Assembly (NCBI GenBank): GCA_019057795.1
Contig: JAHLWS010000030.1
Location: 39,524-103,523, forward strand
Source: Promethearchaeota archaeon
GTDB lineage: Archaea; Asgardarchaeota; Lokiarchaeia; Sigyniarchaeales; SOKP01
Direction of reading: 5' to 3'
DNA length: 64,000 bases
The notes beneath the pieces are model-generated. The model worked only from the letters and a program-made list of their open reading frames with translations, had not been told where the DNA came from and did not search any database. Shown in pieces: positions 1 through 10,958 of this stretch; position 1 is the stretch's first letter, and each line of letters starts with the position of its first letter. The position numbers and the translations under genes are program-made.

Positions 1-1809
1 TTTAATAAAAAATACTAATTTAATTAGGATTATTGACAATAAAGCTATTATAAAAATAATAGCCGCAATTAAAAAAACATCAGGATAGTCTGTATCATCA
101 GTAAATTTTTCATAAATAGCGCCAATTCCATTACCCTCTAAGATATTTCCTGTGATTACATTAAAAGTGCTTTCTTCGAGATATATACCATATTTTTGGT
201 TATAACTAGCGGAATTTTCTATTAATTTATTATAGTGAGAAGATAAAAGTCTAAATCCATGCTGGGTGTTATTATTAGCGGTGTTATTTGTAAAAGTGTT
301 AAGATTGGAATAGCGGAGAGTGAATCCGTTGAGATTTCCAGTGGCTAGATTTTCTGTTAGAGTATTGTTATATGAAGAACTTAGGTAAAAACCGAGATAA
401 GTATTATTAATCACCTCATTGCCTGAAATGGTATTGTTATCAGATGATTCAAGAGAAAATCCATGTCTGTTATCTATTATGATATTTGCCGTCAAAATAT
501 TAATGTAAGAACAATTTAACGTCAAACCATTGGTATTTCCAGTCGCGTTATTAGCGATTAATGTATTATTAAAGGAATTCTTGAGGTAAAATCCGTATTG
601 GTTATTGTAAGCGGTATTATCTTTTAATCTTCCGTGAGTTACATTCTCTAAATAAAATCCATAGTAGTTATTTAATTTACCGTCGTTAACGGTTACGTCT
701 CTGATAATAAAATGAAGATTGGTATTCTTAATATGAACTCCATGCCCTATTGTAGCATAAATTTTATAATTTTCAATAACATAGGGATCATTTAAACTAC
801 CGTCCCCTATAAATTTATTTTCTATAGCAGTTTGATGAAAATCTAAGTTTCCATCAATATGAAGGAGGAACTTAACTATCACCTTAATAGTGTTTGAATC
901 TATTTCTCCGTTTATATTAAATGCCTTCATATAAAATTCATAAGTTCCAGGAGATAAATCTGTAATGTTATATTCCGTTACGGTTAATCCTTCAGCTAAA
1001 ATCTCAGCATTTTGATATAGTGTATAATTGTCGGCATTTTGCGAAATCGTCCAGGTTAAGGTGAAGGTTCCGTCTGTGTCGAATTCACCAGCGTCAGATT
1101 CTAAAAAAAAAGTTTCTGGACTGTATTTAATGTCTAATATTATATTTCCCACGCAATCCACTTCAAAAATACTTCCTAATTCATTAAAAAATAACGTGTT
1201 TCGCGTAATATTGTTGTAGTTGCTGTTATCTAAATAAATTCCATATTCTAAATTACTATTAGCAGTACTGTTGGCGAGTGTATTATTATTGGAGTACCAG
1301 AATCGAAAGCCATGTAAATTGTTAATTGCCACGTTATTACTGAAGGTGTTATTATCCGAATTTACGAGGAGAAACCCCGCGAGGTTATTATCTGCTGTAT
1401 TATTTTTTAATATTCCGTTAGTCACGTTGTAGAGATAAAATCCGTGATAATAATTTGAACGACCATTTGTTATGGATACATTTCTAACGATGAAATGGAG
1501 AGTAGTATTTCGAATTTCTATTCCGTGCTCGGATATAGCACGAATAGTATAATTTTCAATGATATAAGGATCGTTAAGACTTCCATCTCCACTAGATGCC
1601 TTAGCAGCAAGCATACCATTGCCATCAATAAATATTGATTCATCAAATGCCGATATCTTTGGTATCTTTGAATTGTGATAAAAAATATCTTCATTAGAAG
1701 CCATGTTAACTCCTAAGAACCTAGGTGAAATGAGAAAAAGAAGGTATCCTCCAATTAGCATGCTATAGATGAGAGTAAATAAAATAACACATGTGTTTTT
1801 ATTATGCAT
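1..1809 (-). CDS. Membrane-anchored surface protein with two NosD/CASH right-handed beta-helix modules separated by an FN3-like domain (runs off left edge; absent from ORF track)
   Basis: Manual translation from ATG at 1809: MHNKNTCVILFTLIYSMLIGGYLLFLISP (signal/TM), GDGSLNDPYIIENY and later GDGSLNDPYVIENY, repeated GFYL/GIYL..S..NNT..N beta-helix turns, FTLTWT..ADNYTLY..LSPGTYEFYMKAFN (FN3-like), C-terminal hydrophobic VFLIAAIIFIIALLSIILIKLVFF; frame open to base 1. Confidence 0.88.
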   Translation of the reverse strand, partial: MHNKNTCVILFTLIYSMLIGGYLLFLISPRFLGVNMASNEDIFYHNSKIPKISAFDESIFIDGNGMLAAKASSGDGSLNDPYIIENYTIRAISEHGIEIRNTTLHFIVRNVSITNGRSNYYHGFYLYNVTNGILKNNTADNNLAGFLLVNSDNNTFSNNVAINNLHGFRFWYSNNNTLANSTANSNLEYGIYLDNSNYNNITRNTLFFNELGSIFEVDCVGNIILDIKYSPETFFLESDAGEFDTDGTFTLTWTISQNADNYTLYQNAEILAEGLTVTEYNITDLSPGTYEFYMKAFNINGEIDSNTIKVIVKFLLHIDGNLDFHQTAIENKFIGDGSLNDPYVIENYKIYATIGHGVHIKNTNLHFIIRDVTVNDGKLNNYYGFYLENVTHGRLKDNTAYNNQYGFYLKNSFNNTLIANNATGNTNGLTLNCSYINILTANIIIDNRHGFSLESSDNNTISGNEVINNTYLGFYLSSSYNNTLTENLATGNLNGFTLRYSNLNTFTNNTANNNTQHGFRLLSSHYNKLIENSASYNQKYGIYLEESTFNVITGNILEGNGIGAIYEKFTDDTDYPDVFLIAAIIFIIALLSIILIKLVFFIK

Positions 1810-2118
1810 TTTAATTCTTGTTATTTTTTAATTGATATTTGAAGTCTAATTATCGTAATTATGATTCTTTTATTACCTCTTATGATGTCTGTAACTTTAT
1901 TATTTGAATAATCATTATTTCTATAAATAACTACTTGTCTTATATTTAAATTTTATAATGAACATCCTAACAAATATATATTACTTTTTTATAAGTCTAT
2001 TTTTAGAAATATGTTAGTTCTAGACCAATCATTTTAAAAAAATTAAATTATAAGGAAATAATTAGTCAATTTCTCTGAGATCATAAATTTAATTAGTTAT
2101 AGTAATATATAAATTATT

Positions 2119-3420
2119 ATGCCCGATTTAGTTGTTGGAGCCGGTCTTGCGGGGCTATATAAAGCTTATAATTTATTGAAAGACGGTCATGATGTTGTTA
2201 TATTGGAAAAGAAGAATTATATGGGAGGTCAATTACATACAATCAAATATGAAATTGAAAATGAAGTTTATTTTTTTGATATAGGCCCACATGTACCTCC
2301 GAAAAATCATAAGGTTTGGAATGATTTATGCGAAAGATCGAATTCTATAAATATGCCGCTACCATTAAAAGTATCTATTAGCCTGAAACCAAAACTAAAT
2401 TTAGTTTTTCCACCAGATTTGAATACTTTAAGAAAAATAAGAGTGATTGATATTCTTAACCTAATTAAGTTTATTCCTTTTTATTTATATTCTTCAATAT
2501 TTAAGATTAAAGAAAAAAATCTTCAAGATTCATTAATAAATTCATGGGGATTAAAATTTTATCAAAATTATATATACTACTTTATCTCGAATTTTTGGAA
2601 ATCAGAACCTTCGAATATTTCTAAAGAATATAAGGCAAGATTTTCACCACCCAGTTATAAATATATAATTCAAAAAATATTGGAATCTAAGGATTCAACA
2701 CAAAAAAATGATAAAAATATAAATATATTTCCTTATCCAAAATATGGATGCGAAGGAGTTATTAATACTTTAAAGAACGACATTATTGCGGATAATGGAA
2801 TTATTAGAACCAATACTTCAATAACAGATCTAAGGATAATTGATGGTCAAATTGAAGTGAAATATATCCAGGAAAAAAATTCCTTTACAGAAAAATATGA
2901 TAATATATATTGGGCTGCATCAATTTCAGACCTCATTCAAATTTTAAATTTCGAACATTATAAAAAATTAGAATACCGGGCATTACTCACTGTAAATGTT
3001 AGTATTAATAGAAAAGATTTGCTTGGGGATAAAATACATACTTCATATATCATGATACCGAATATTGTTTTTCATAGAGTATATGAGCCTAATAAAATCA
3101 GTCCTTATATGGCTCCAAAAAATAAAACTTCTGCTTGTTTAGAGATAACATTAGATAAAAGAATTAATAATCCAAAGGATTTAGTAAATAAATCTTTAAA
3201 ACAATTTTGTTCTTTGTACAACTTAAAAAATTCAGAAATAAACCATTTAGGAAATGTATATTGCGAGGAAGCGTATCCTTTACTATTTATAGACTACAAA
3301 AAGGATTTTAATCGTTTGAAAGAAGAGTTAAAAATGAAAACTTCAAAAATCTCTTTAATTGGAAGAACAGGTCAATATTTTCCTTATAATATTGATAAAA
3401 CTCTAGATTCTATTTTATAA
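2119..3420 (+). CDS. FAD-dependent oxidoreductase, HemY-like/UDP-galactopyranose-mutase-like family found in glycan clusters
   Basis: N-terminal VVGAGLAGL..E...GG dinucleotide fold, FDIGPH, YPKYG, C-terminal GRTGQYFPYNID resembling the UGM GRxxxYxYxxMD motif. Confidence 0.75.
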   Translation: MPDLVVGAGLAGLYKAYNLLKDGHDVVILEKKNYMGGQLHTIKYEIENEVYFFDIGPHVPPKNHKVWNDLCERSNSINMPLPLKVSISLKPKLNLVFPPDLNTLRKIRVIDILNLIKFIPFYLYSSIFKIKEKNLQDSLINSWGLKFYQNYIYYFISNFWKSEPSNISKEYKARFSPPSYKYIIQKILESKDSTQKNDKNINIFPYPKYGCEGVINTLKNDIIADNGIIRTNTSITDLRIIDGQIEVKYIQEKNSFTEKYDNIYWAASISDLIQILNFEHYKKLEYRALLTVNVSINRKDLLGDKIHTSYIMIPNIVFHRVYEPNKISPYMAPKNKTSACLEITLDKRINNPKDLVNKSLKQFCSLYNLKNSEINHLGNVYCEEAYPLLFIDYKKDFNRLKEELKMKTSKISLIGRTGQYFPYNIDKTLDSIL

Positions 3421-3448
3421 CATATTGGGAAATTAACATTATTTTATT

Positions 3449-4387
3449 TTAATCATAAGGATGTTCTTTCATATAATTTAATCCATCATTTAAATCAAAA
3501 ATCTTAAAATCTGGACCAATAGTATTTTTTAATTTGCTAATATCTAATCCAGCATTTTTTGGACGGACAGCTATTTGTTTAAAGTAATTTATTGGTTCAA
3601 TTAAATCTGATTTATATTTAAAAATTTCCGCACATTTAACGGCCATTTCATATCTATTCAGAATGCAATCTCCTACTGTATGATATATACCTCTGGCATC
3701 TTTTTCAATTAGCTTTAATAAGATCTGAGCTAAATTTCTTACAAAAGTTGGAGAATTAATTTGATTGGTAACCATAGAGATTTTCTCATTTTGTTTTAAT
3801 TTATTTAAGATCCATGTAATAAAATTCAGTTTAGATTTATTCCACCCGTATAAGACGGCAGATCTACAGATAAGATAATCAATTCCAGAATTAATTATAG
3901 CTAATTCTGCTTCATATTTTGTTTTACCATAGTGGCTTAAAGGATTAGGAACATCATCTTCAGTATAACCCCCATTCTCTTTTATTCCATCAAATATGAA
4001 ATCGGTTGAAAGAAAGACTAATTTTGAATTACTTTTTTCACAGGCTTTTATTACATTTTTAGGCCCTTCCACATTTATTTTTGTGGCAAATTTTTTATCT
4101 ATTTCACACTGATCAACATCTGTCATTGCTGCTGTCAACAAAATGATGTCAGGAGATATATTAATAATTTTTTTTATTATTTCCTTATTCTTCGTTATAT
4201 CTATATTATAAAAAGGAATATTTTCCTGAATATTATCGTTATTCAAGTCTGAAGCTATTAAAAATAAATGATTATTAAGAACTTCTTTTTCATTCCTAAA
4301 CTGAAGAATATTTGAACCTAAAAACCCATTTGCACCGATAATTAAAACTTTTTTTAAATGATTATCTATTTTTATATTGTTTTTCAT
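3449..4387 (-). CDS. rfbD: dTDP-4-dehydrorhamnose reductase
   Basis: GANGFLG, AAMTDVDQCE, STDFIFDG, YGKTK; last gene of rml operon. Confidence 0.92.
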   Translation of the reverse strand: MKNNIKIDNHLKKVLIIGANGFLGSNILQFRNEKEVLNNHLFLIASDLNNDNIQENIPFYNIDITKNKEIIKKIINISPDIILLTAAMTDVDQCEIDKKFATKINVEGPKNVIKACEKSNSKLVFLSTDFIFDGIKENGGYTEDDVPNPLSHYGKTKYEAELAIINSGIDYLICRSAVLYGWNKSKLNFITWILNKLKQNEKISMVTNQINSPTFVRNLAQILLKLIEKDARGIYHTVGDCILNRYEMAVKCAEIFKYKSDLIEPINYFKQIAVRPKNAGLDISKLKNTIGPDFKIFDLNDGLNYMKEHPYD

Positions 4388-5393
4388 AATATGTCAGATA
4401 TTCTTTAGTTGTCACATTTTTTAACCACTCTTCATTATAAAGGTACCATTGAACGGTTAGTTCTAATGCTTTTTCGAACTTTATTTCAGGCTTCCAACCT
4501 AATTCTTTAGTAATTTTATTGTGATCAATCGCATATCTTAAGTCATGACCAGGACGATCTGTTACAAAAGTTATTAGAGATTCTGGCTTATCTAATATTT
4601 TTAATATTTTTTTAACTAAATCGATATTGGAAATCTCAGAATCTCCGCCAATATTATAAATTTGTCCGATTTTTCCATCTAATAATACTTTTAAAATAGC
4701 CTTACAATGATCATCAACATATATCCAATCTCTGATATTAATTCCTTTACCGTAGATAGGCAATTCTTTATCGTTCGTAGCATTATAAATCATTAGAGGA
4801 ATAAGTTTTTCAGGAAATTGATAAGGACCATAATTATTTGAACATCGCGTAATATTTACTGGAAGATTAAAAGTTTTATAATAAGAATTCACTAAAAGAT
4901 CTGCTGATGCTTTACTTGCAGAATATGGACTATTAGGAGATAAATGAGTCGATTCAGTAAAAGGAGAATCATTAAAATCTAATGAGCCATATACTTCATC
5001 AGTAGATATTTGAACAAATTTTTCTATTTTATGCTTTCTAGCAGCATTTAATAATGATTGAGTCCCAAAGAAATTTGTTTCACAGCATATACTTGGATTG
5101 TCAATTGAACGGTCTACATGAGATTCAGCCGCAAAATTAACTATATAATCAACTTCTTCTTTATTAATTATCTTGTCAATAGTTGCAAAATCACATATAT
5201 CATTTTTATAAAATCTGTATTCATTAGGGAATTTTCTATCAATTTCTTTTAAGTTCTCTGGATTACCAGCGTAAGTTAATTTATCAACATTAATAATTTT
5301 AAAATCCTCGTTTAAACTAAGAATATATCTAATAAAATTACTCCCAATAAAGCCCATCCCGCCTGTGACTAAAATTTTTTTCATTTCAACCAA
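4362..5393 (-). CDS. rfbB: dTDP-glucose 4,6-dehydratase (start probably ATG 5384)
   Basis: GGMGFIG, AAESHVDRSI, STDEVYG, YSASK, NNYGPYQFPEKLIP, DRPGHDLRY. Confidence 0.96.
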   Translation of the reverse strand: MVEMKKILVTGGMGFIGSNFIRYILSLNEDFKIINVDKLTYAGNPENLKEIDRKFPNEYRFYKNDICDFATIDKIINKEEVDYIVNFAAESHVDRSIDNPSICCETNFFGTQSLLNAARKHKIEKFVQISTDEVYGSLDFNDSPFTESTHLSPNSPYSASKASADLLVNSYYKTFNLPVNITRCSNNYGPYQFPEKLIPLMIYNATNDKELPIYGKGINIRDWIYVDDHCKAILKVLLDGKIGQIYNIGGDSEISNIDLVKKILKILDKPESLITFVTDRPGHDLRYAIDHNKITKELGWKPEIKFEKALELTVQWYLYNEEWLKNVTTKEYLTYYEKQYKNR

Positions 5394-5412
5394 ATTTCAA
5401 CATAATTTAATT

Positions 5413-5874
5413 TTATCCCATTTTAATATCCCAGTTATAATCGATTTCTTCAGAATTATATGGCAACCGATATTCATCGGGTTGAGTATAATTATAATAC
5501 TCAGTAGGAACATTAAGTACCATCATTCTTTTATTACCAACAGCTTTAAACCCGTGCCATATATTAGGTGGTATTGTTACTAAAAGTGGATTTTTTTCTC
5601 CAAAAAATATTTCGTTAATTTTTTTATACGTAGATGATTCTTTTCGATCATCATAAAGTACTAATTTGGCGTTACCAATTATACAGACCATATTATCCGT
5701 TTGAATTTTATGAGAATGCCAAGCTTTCACCACATTTGGAAAAGCTACAGTAATATAAGCTTGACCAAATTTCTTAAACATCGGCCAATCTGATCTAAAG
5801 CATTCCTGTAAATATCCTCTCTCATCTAAAATAGGACTTAATTTTTTAACCAAAACACCATCAATTAAATTCAT
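5413..5874 (-). CDS. rfbC: dTDP-4-dehydrorhamnose 3,5-epimerase family (short cupin, SpsL-like)
   Basis: DERGYLQE, KAWHSH, IPPNIWHGF; located between rmlA and rmlB. Confidence 0.88.
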   Translation of the reverse strand: MNLIDGVLVKKLSPILDERGYLQECFRSDWPMFKKFGQAYITVAFPNVVKAWHSHKIQTDNMVCIIGNAKLVLYDDRKESSTYKKINEIFFGEKNPLLVTIPPNIWHGFKAVGNKRMMVLNVPTEYYNYTQPDEYRLPYNSEEIDYNWDIKMG

Positions 5875-5918
5875 TATTAATTCACTAAATACTATTTTTT
5901 TGAAAATTTAGAAAAAAT

Positions 5919-6671
5919 TTAACTTTTATTATTTAAAAATGATTTAACAAAATTACTCGATTTAATTAGAGTATCAAATGTTCCCGCATCAGACCAGAAT
6001 CCTTTAACAAAAATAGCCTTTGCTTTATTAATTTTGACGTAATAATTATTGACATCTGTAATTTCTAACTCACCCCTATCTGAATAACCAATTTCATTTA
6101 TAATTTTTTTAATTAAATCAAAAATATTTTCATTATAAAGGTATAAGCCTGTTACCGCATAATTACTCTTAGGAATTTTAGGTTTTTCTTCAATTGATTT
6201 AATAGTATTATCATTATTTAATTCAGCAACTCCAAATCTTTGAGGATCCTCGACTTTTTTTAAAAATAAACAACATTGATGTTCATTTGACTTTTCAAAT
6301 TCTTCAATTTCTGATTTAAAAGCATCTTCAAATATATTATCTCCTAGAATAACAGCAATTTTATGTCCTTTTACAATATTTTTTGTTAAGTATAAAGCTT
6401 CTGCAATACCACCAGGTCTTTGTTGATATACATAATTAAAATTCGCATTAAATTCACTACCATCTCCTAACAATCTTACAAAATCTCCTACACTTTCTCC
6501 GCCTAAAACAATTGTTATATCTTTTATTCCTGAACTAGTTAGCGTTTTAATAACTTTATAAATCATTGGTTCATCATAGACGGGTAAGAGATGTTTGTTT
6601 GTAACTTTGGTTAATGGTGATAACCTTGAACCCGTACCACCAGCTAAAATAACTCCTTTAATTGTAATCAA
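5919..6671 (-). CDS. rfbA: Glucose-1-phosphate thymidylyltransferase (short, SpsI-like)
   Basis: KGVILAGGTGSRLSPLT, NKHLLPVYD, LGDN, EEKP, RGELEITD, WSDAGT. Confidence 0.93.
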   Translation of the reverse strand: MITIKGVILAGGTGSRLSPLTKVTNKHLLPVYDEPMIYKVIKTLTSSGIKDITIVLGGESVGDFVRLLGDGSEFNANFNYVYQQRPGGIAEALYLTKNIVKGHKIAVILGDNIFEDAFKSEIEEFEKSNEHQCCLFLKKVEDPQRFGVAELNNDNTIKSIEEKPKIPKSNYAVTGLYLYNENIFDLIKKIINEIGYSDRGELEITDVNNYYVKINKAKAIFVKGFWSDAGTFDTLIKSSNFVKSFLNNKS

Positions 6672-6978
6672 CTATATTTTAATTTTATTCGTTTTATTCT
6701 TTATATTTCTAATTCTTTAATATTAAATTTATTTCATAAATTTTAAGATTTTTTTGAAGTGTATTTAAACAATAATTTCTGAATCATTTTGATTATTTTT
6801 CTTAAGTCTTTTAAAATAACAATTAATGGTTAAGAAATTATATTTCTTATAATATAACAAATTAAGTAATTATTAGTGGTTCAATTCTCGTTAGCATTTT
6901 GATTTCTTTATATTGAATTTCAATTTGCTTTAAATTTTAAAATTATATTCGAAATTGAGTAAACAAAATTAACTTTGA

Positions 6979-7719
6979 TTAATTTATTCTTTTAAGATAT
7001 CCATTAGGATTAGTTGTCATATAAAACTTTTCTTTTGTCTTATCAATAATGAAATTTTTATTCTCAAGTAAAAAATCTTCGATGGCTTCCATTGGACCTG
7101 GACCAAAATTTTCAAAAACGGGATGTCCATTAATATTTGAATCCTCTACGATTAAATAACAGTCTTTTGTCACCATTTTGCTGTAGATTCTTAACTCATT
7201 AAGTACATGTTCTTTTGAATGGTCAGAATCTAAGATTACTATAACTTTATCGTCCTTGTTAATTTTTTCACTTACTTGGTTTTCAATTTCTTTTGAAGTA
7301 GTTGATCCCTTTAGAAAAGTAATTCTTTGATGTTTTGGTCTGCCTTCAAACTCTTCAATATCTATTGTAATAATTCGTCCATAGTTAATCAATTCACATA
7401 TATTTGCTAAAAATAGAGCACTTCCCCCTTTATATGTACCACATTCAATGATTATATCTGGTTTCAGAGATACGATAATTTCCTGATATATCCATAAATC
7501 AAAAGGACATTTATACAATTGATTAGTTAACCAATTTGTATTTCTCCAGGTTTGATAGGGATTATTATAATAGAGTTTATGAAAATGTTCTACAATGAAT
7601 TTTTCATTCAATTTATTTTGGAAGATAACATCTAGAATTTTACTTGTAGGAATAATTCTGGTAATTTTAGGTAAACTAAATTTAAGAATCTTATCTATAA
7701 GCTTTTTTTGAAAGTTCAT
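6979..7719 (-). CDS. CmcI (cephalosporin hydroxylase) family SAM methyltransferase, probable sugar (rhamnosyl) O-methyltransferase
   Basis: KCPFDLWIYQE, KPDIIIECGTYKGGSA, ILDSDH, YLIVED, TTNPNGYLKR. Confidence 0.85.
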   Translation of the reverse strand: MNFQKKLIDKILKFSLPKITRIIPTSKILDVIFQNKLNEKFIVEHFHKLYYNNPYQTWRNTNWLTNQLYKCPFDLWIYQEIIVSLKPDIIIECGTYKGGSALFLANICELINYGRIITIDIEEFEGRPKHQRITFLKGSTTSKEIENQVSEKINKDDKVIVILDSDHSKEHVLNELRIYSKMVTKDCYLIVEDSNINGHPVFENFGPGPMEAIEDFLLENKNFIIDKTKEKFYMTTNPNGYLKRIN

Positions 7720-8411
7720 AATTTAGGTAAGTTTTTTTTTAACGAATAAATAAAATCACTAAAAAATTCAGGATTTTTTAAATTAAGCAATTTTACTCTA
7801 TTAGCTTCTAAATCTTTATAAGTAAGATTTTTGATTTCCTCTGTTGAATAGTTTAAAGTGCTTTCAGGCTTTCCTTTAACGATTATTCCAAGACCATAAT
7901 CACAGTCTAATACAAATATTTTAAGATTGTCGTAATTGGATCGAAGTTGTACTATTGTTTTCCAAACATCTCCATTCCATTCTCCAGTCCAGCCAGAGAC
8001 GGACTCTTTTTCTGCTTCCTCAATAGAAAATGCCGGTGTAGCTGCAGGTTCGTGTGGAGGGTTACAGTCATGTATTACGATTATTCCATTATTAGTTAAA
8101 TAATTAAGAGTATTAAGAACATCCTTTAAAGATTGTTCATAAGTATGCAATCCATCAATTAAAACAACATCAATGCCTTTTTTAATTATAATTTTTGGAA
8201 TATTATTAAAAAACGCGTCACTCGTCATTTCAAAAATCTGGCGCTTTTTTTGTTTTTTTTTTTGTATTCGTATTATAGGATCAACAGCAAATTTCTTTGA
8301 TGCTCTAATTTGATTAAAACATTTCCCTTCATGAATTCCTATTTCTAAATAAGTTTTAGCTCTTTTTATATTTATGATTTCTTGTAAAACCGAAATTCTA
8401 TTCATATTCAT
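7716..8411 (-). CDS. Class I SAM methyltransferase (Methyltransf_24-like)
   Basis: YLEIGI, MTSDAFF, IDGLHTYEQ, IVIHDCNP, WNGDVWK. Confidence 0.85.
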   Translation of the reverse strand: MNMNRISVLQEIINIKRAKTYLEIGIHEGKCFNQIRASKKFAVDPIIRIQKKKQKKRQIFEMTSDAFFNNIPKIIIKKGIDVVLIDGLHTYEQSLKDVLNTLNYLTNNGIIVIHDCNPPHEPAATPAFSIEEAEKESVSGWTGEWNGDVWKTIVQLRSNYDNLKIFVLDCDYGLGIIVKGKPESTLNYSTEEIKNLTYKDLEANRVKLLNLKNPEFFSDFIYSLKKNLPKL

Positions 8412-8791
8412 TTATGTTTATTTATAGCTCCTATTAATATTTTTTGATTTATGATAAAATTCATAGAAAATAATAATTGAAATATAATTATCTTTTCTCA
8501 TTTCCAGAATTTTTTTACCTAATTTATTTATCTATTTTTTCGTTTGAAAGTCTCTTTAAATTTAGTTTGTGTTGATAATATTTTAACCATTAGACTTCAT
8601 TAAAGTTTAGATTATCATAAGTTATTAGGATCATATGTAGTATTTAATTTTCTATAGTCTTTAATTACATATTCCAATTTTACTTTCACATCCAAAAGAG
8701 TTAATTCCTAAGGTATATCTCTTATTGCTTGATTTTTATATTTTTTAAAATTTCCCCATGAATATCTCTCCAATTTAATATTTTTAATTTA

Positions 8792-9448
8792 AAATATGAA
8801 AAGTTTTATAAAAATTACACTATGAAACAATGGAATACTGATCCTGAAAATTTAGATGCTTCAATTACTGCAAGAATTCCTGTTCGATATAATACTGATG
8901 ATAGATATTTTGATTCAAAAATTCAAGCCATGCCTTTAAATGGTTATTTTAACCTATTTAATACTCTCCTTAAAGGAATCGAAATTAGGTATAATAATGA
9001 ATTTTCAGAAGTTAAAAATGAAATCTCCTATGATAGATTAATTTATACAAGACCAATTGATGAATTTTTTAGTTATAAATACGGAAAACTCCCTTATAGA
9101 TCATTGAAATTCATTTTTGAAAATCATAGGAAAGAATATTATCAAGATAACATTCATGTAAATTATCCAAATGATTTTGATTATACAAGAATAGTGGAAA
9201 TCAAACATGCTACTGGCCAAAAATGTAATTCTACACCAATAGTTAAAGAATTTCCATCTCAAATAGGAAAACCTTTTTATCCGATTCCCAATCCTCAAAA
9301 TCACAATTTATATTTAAAATATAATCAAACCGCTATTAAATTAAAAAATGTTTACTTTATTGGAAGATTAGCAACATATCAATATTTGAACATGGATCAA
9401 GTTGTAAAGCAAGCATTACAACTTTTTAATCAAATTAGAAATTCATAA
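8792..9448 (+). pseudogene. glf: 5'-truncated UDP-galactopyranose mutase (C-terminal ~220 aa only)
   Basis: YEKFYKNYTMKQW..ARIPVR..DDRYF..LPYRSL..YTRIVEIKH..GRLATYQYLNMDQ; in-frame TGA at 8759 and no N-terminal GAG FAD-binding region upstream. Confidence 0.85.
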
Positions 9449-9474
9449 AGATAAGAATGATCTTGTTATTATTT

Positions 9475-10428
9475 TTACCACTTTAAGTATTCACGAATTT
9501 TCAATTGAAAGTAAATTACATTCTTAAAACGGATATTAAAATATTTCATTAGCTTTCTTTTTATTAAAGAAATTAAAATTTCTGTAATAAAAAATAATTT
9601 AATGAACCAAAAACTCTTCTTGTAATGTTTCCTATAATATAGAACTTGACATTTCCTCGATTCATTATATCTAGAAGGTGTTGTTATCCTTTTGTAAGAA
9701 CTCGAATGATCATGGAAAATTTCTGCAGTTGGGACTAGATAAATATTATACCCTCTATCTTTTATTCTTTTACATAAATCCACATCATTATAGGATAGAG
9801 AAAAATCCGGATCGATTATATAACCCTCTTCATGAATTAGTTCCATCCTCATAATTGTACAGGCAAAAGGAACTTGATCAATTTGAGAAACTTTGTTTAA
9901 ATTTAAATTTAATGAGGAATAGGCATAATATTTCTTCATTTTTTTAGAGAAAAAATATTGATCTATCGATTTTCCTAAGCTTGTCATAAGAAAAAAATAT
10001 TTATTAATGGTCCAACTCGTTGCATAATAATATAAAGGAGTATTATCAGGATTAAGTTGTTTTGCTGAGGCCATCCCAGCATCTGGATTAGTTTCCATGA
10101 ACCTAATCAGTTCTAGTATTGGTGCTCCCTTTTGGTATGTATCAGGATCTAGAAAAACCCAATAACGACCTTTAGCTTTATTAATTACTTTATTTAAAAC
10201 TGCTAAACCTTCATTCTTATTATTCTTAATGAAAATTAATCTCTTATTTTCAGAGTATCTATTCATTATATCACTAAAACCAAGTTGTTGTGAGTTGTTA
10301 TCAATTATGAACCATATGTAATTAAGATCTTTATAGGTTTTTAAAAAAGAATCAATACTTTTTTTTAGTTTATCAGATACGTTCCAATTAATTGTAGAAA
10401 TGGTAATTTCAATTTTATTTTTATTCAT
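9475..10428 (-). CDS. GT2 glycosyltransferase (rhamnosyltransferase-like)
   Basis: STINWN, IIDNNS, FLDPDT, YNDVDLCKR, IFHDHSSS. Confidence 0.85.
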   Translation of the reverse strand: MNKNKIEITISTINWNVSDKLKKSIDSFLKTYKDLNYIWFIIDNNSQQLGFSDIMNRYSENKRLIFIKNNKNEGLAVLNKVINKAKGRYWVFLDPDTYQKGAPILELIRFMETNPDAGMASAKQLNPDNTPLYYYATSWTINKYFFLMTSLGKSIDQYFFSKKMKKYYAYSSLNLNLNKVSQIDQVPFACTIMRMELIHEEGYIIDPDFSLSYNDVDLCKRIKDRGYNIYLVPTAEIFHDHSSSYKRITTPSRYNESRKCQVLYYRKHYKKSFWFIKLFFITEILISLIKRKLMKYFNIRFKNVIYFQLKIREYLKW

Positions 10429-10958
10429 ATTATACTCTACATTATTTCATTAAAAAAAATAGCTTTAAGTATGGCTCTAAACATATTTTAAAAAGATCAA
10501 CTATTATTATTAAATTTTTTAAATGATTCTTCTATTAAAAAATCATTTTAACTAATTTTCTCTTTAATTCTAAATTATAGGTTATTTTTATAGAATTGTT
10601 AATTTCAAATAACAACTCCCTAATTTGTTATAGATTTAGTATAATTAATAAAATTATTTTATTTAATCAACAAGTCAAAAGCATTAATTACTATTATTTA
10701 AATGTATAAAAGAATGCAATTTTTTTTTTATCTCTTTTATAATATTTAATTATTAAGTAAAAACAAAATTCGTAATTATTATGGATAGCTTGGTTTATTT
10801 GAATAATCAGAAATATCCAATTGGTAAATTCGAATTATCCTTAATAAGAAGATTTAATATAAGAAAATATATATTGATTAATGAATTTTATTATTAAAAG
10901 AATTTTTGTCTGTATAACACAAATTTGACTTATAAATATAATTATCAGTAATAAAAAA

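Noticed and set aside
1028-1219. 63-aa plus-strand ORF
   Set aside because: Antisense shadow of the beta-helix surface protein gene
10781-10897. Short ORF MDSLVYLNNQKYPIGKFE resembling a YfiT/DinB N-terminus
   Set aside because: Match of only about 7 residues with no continuation; could be chance
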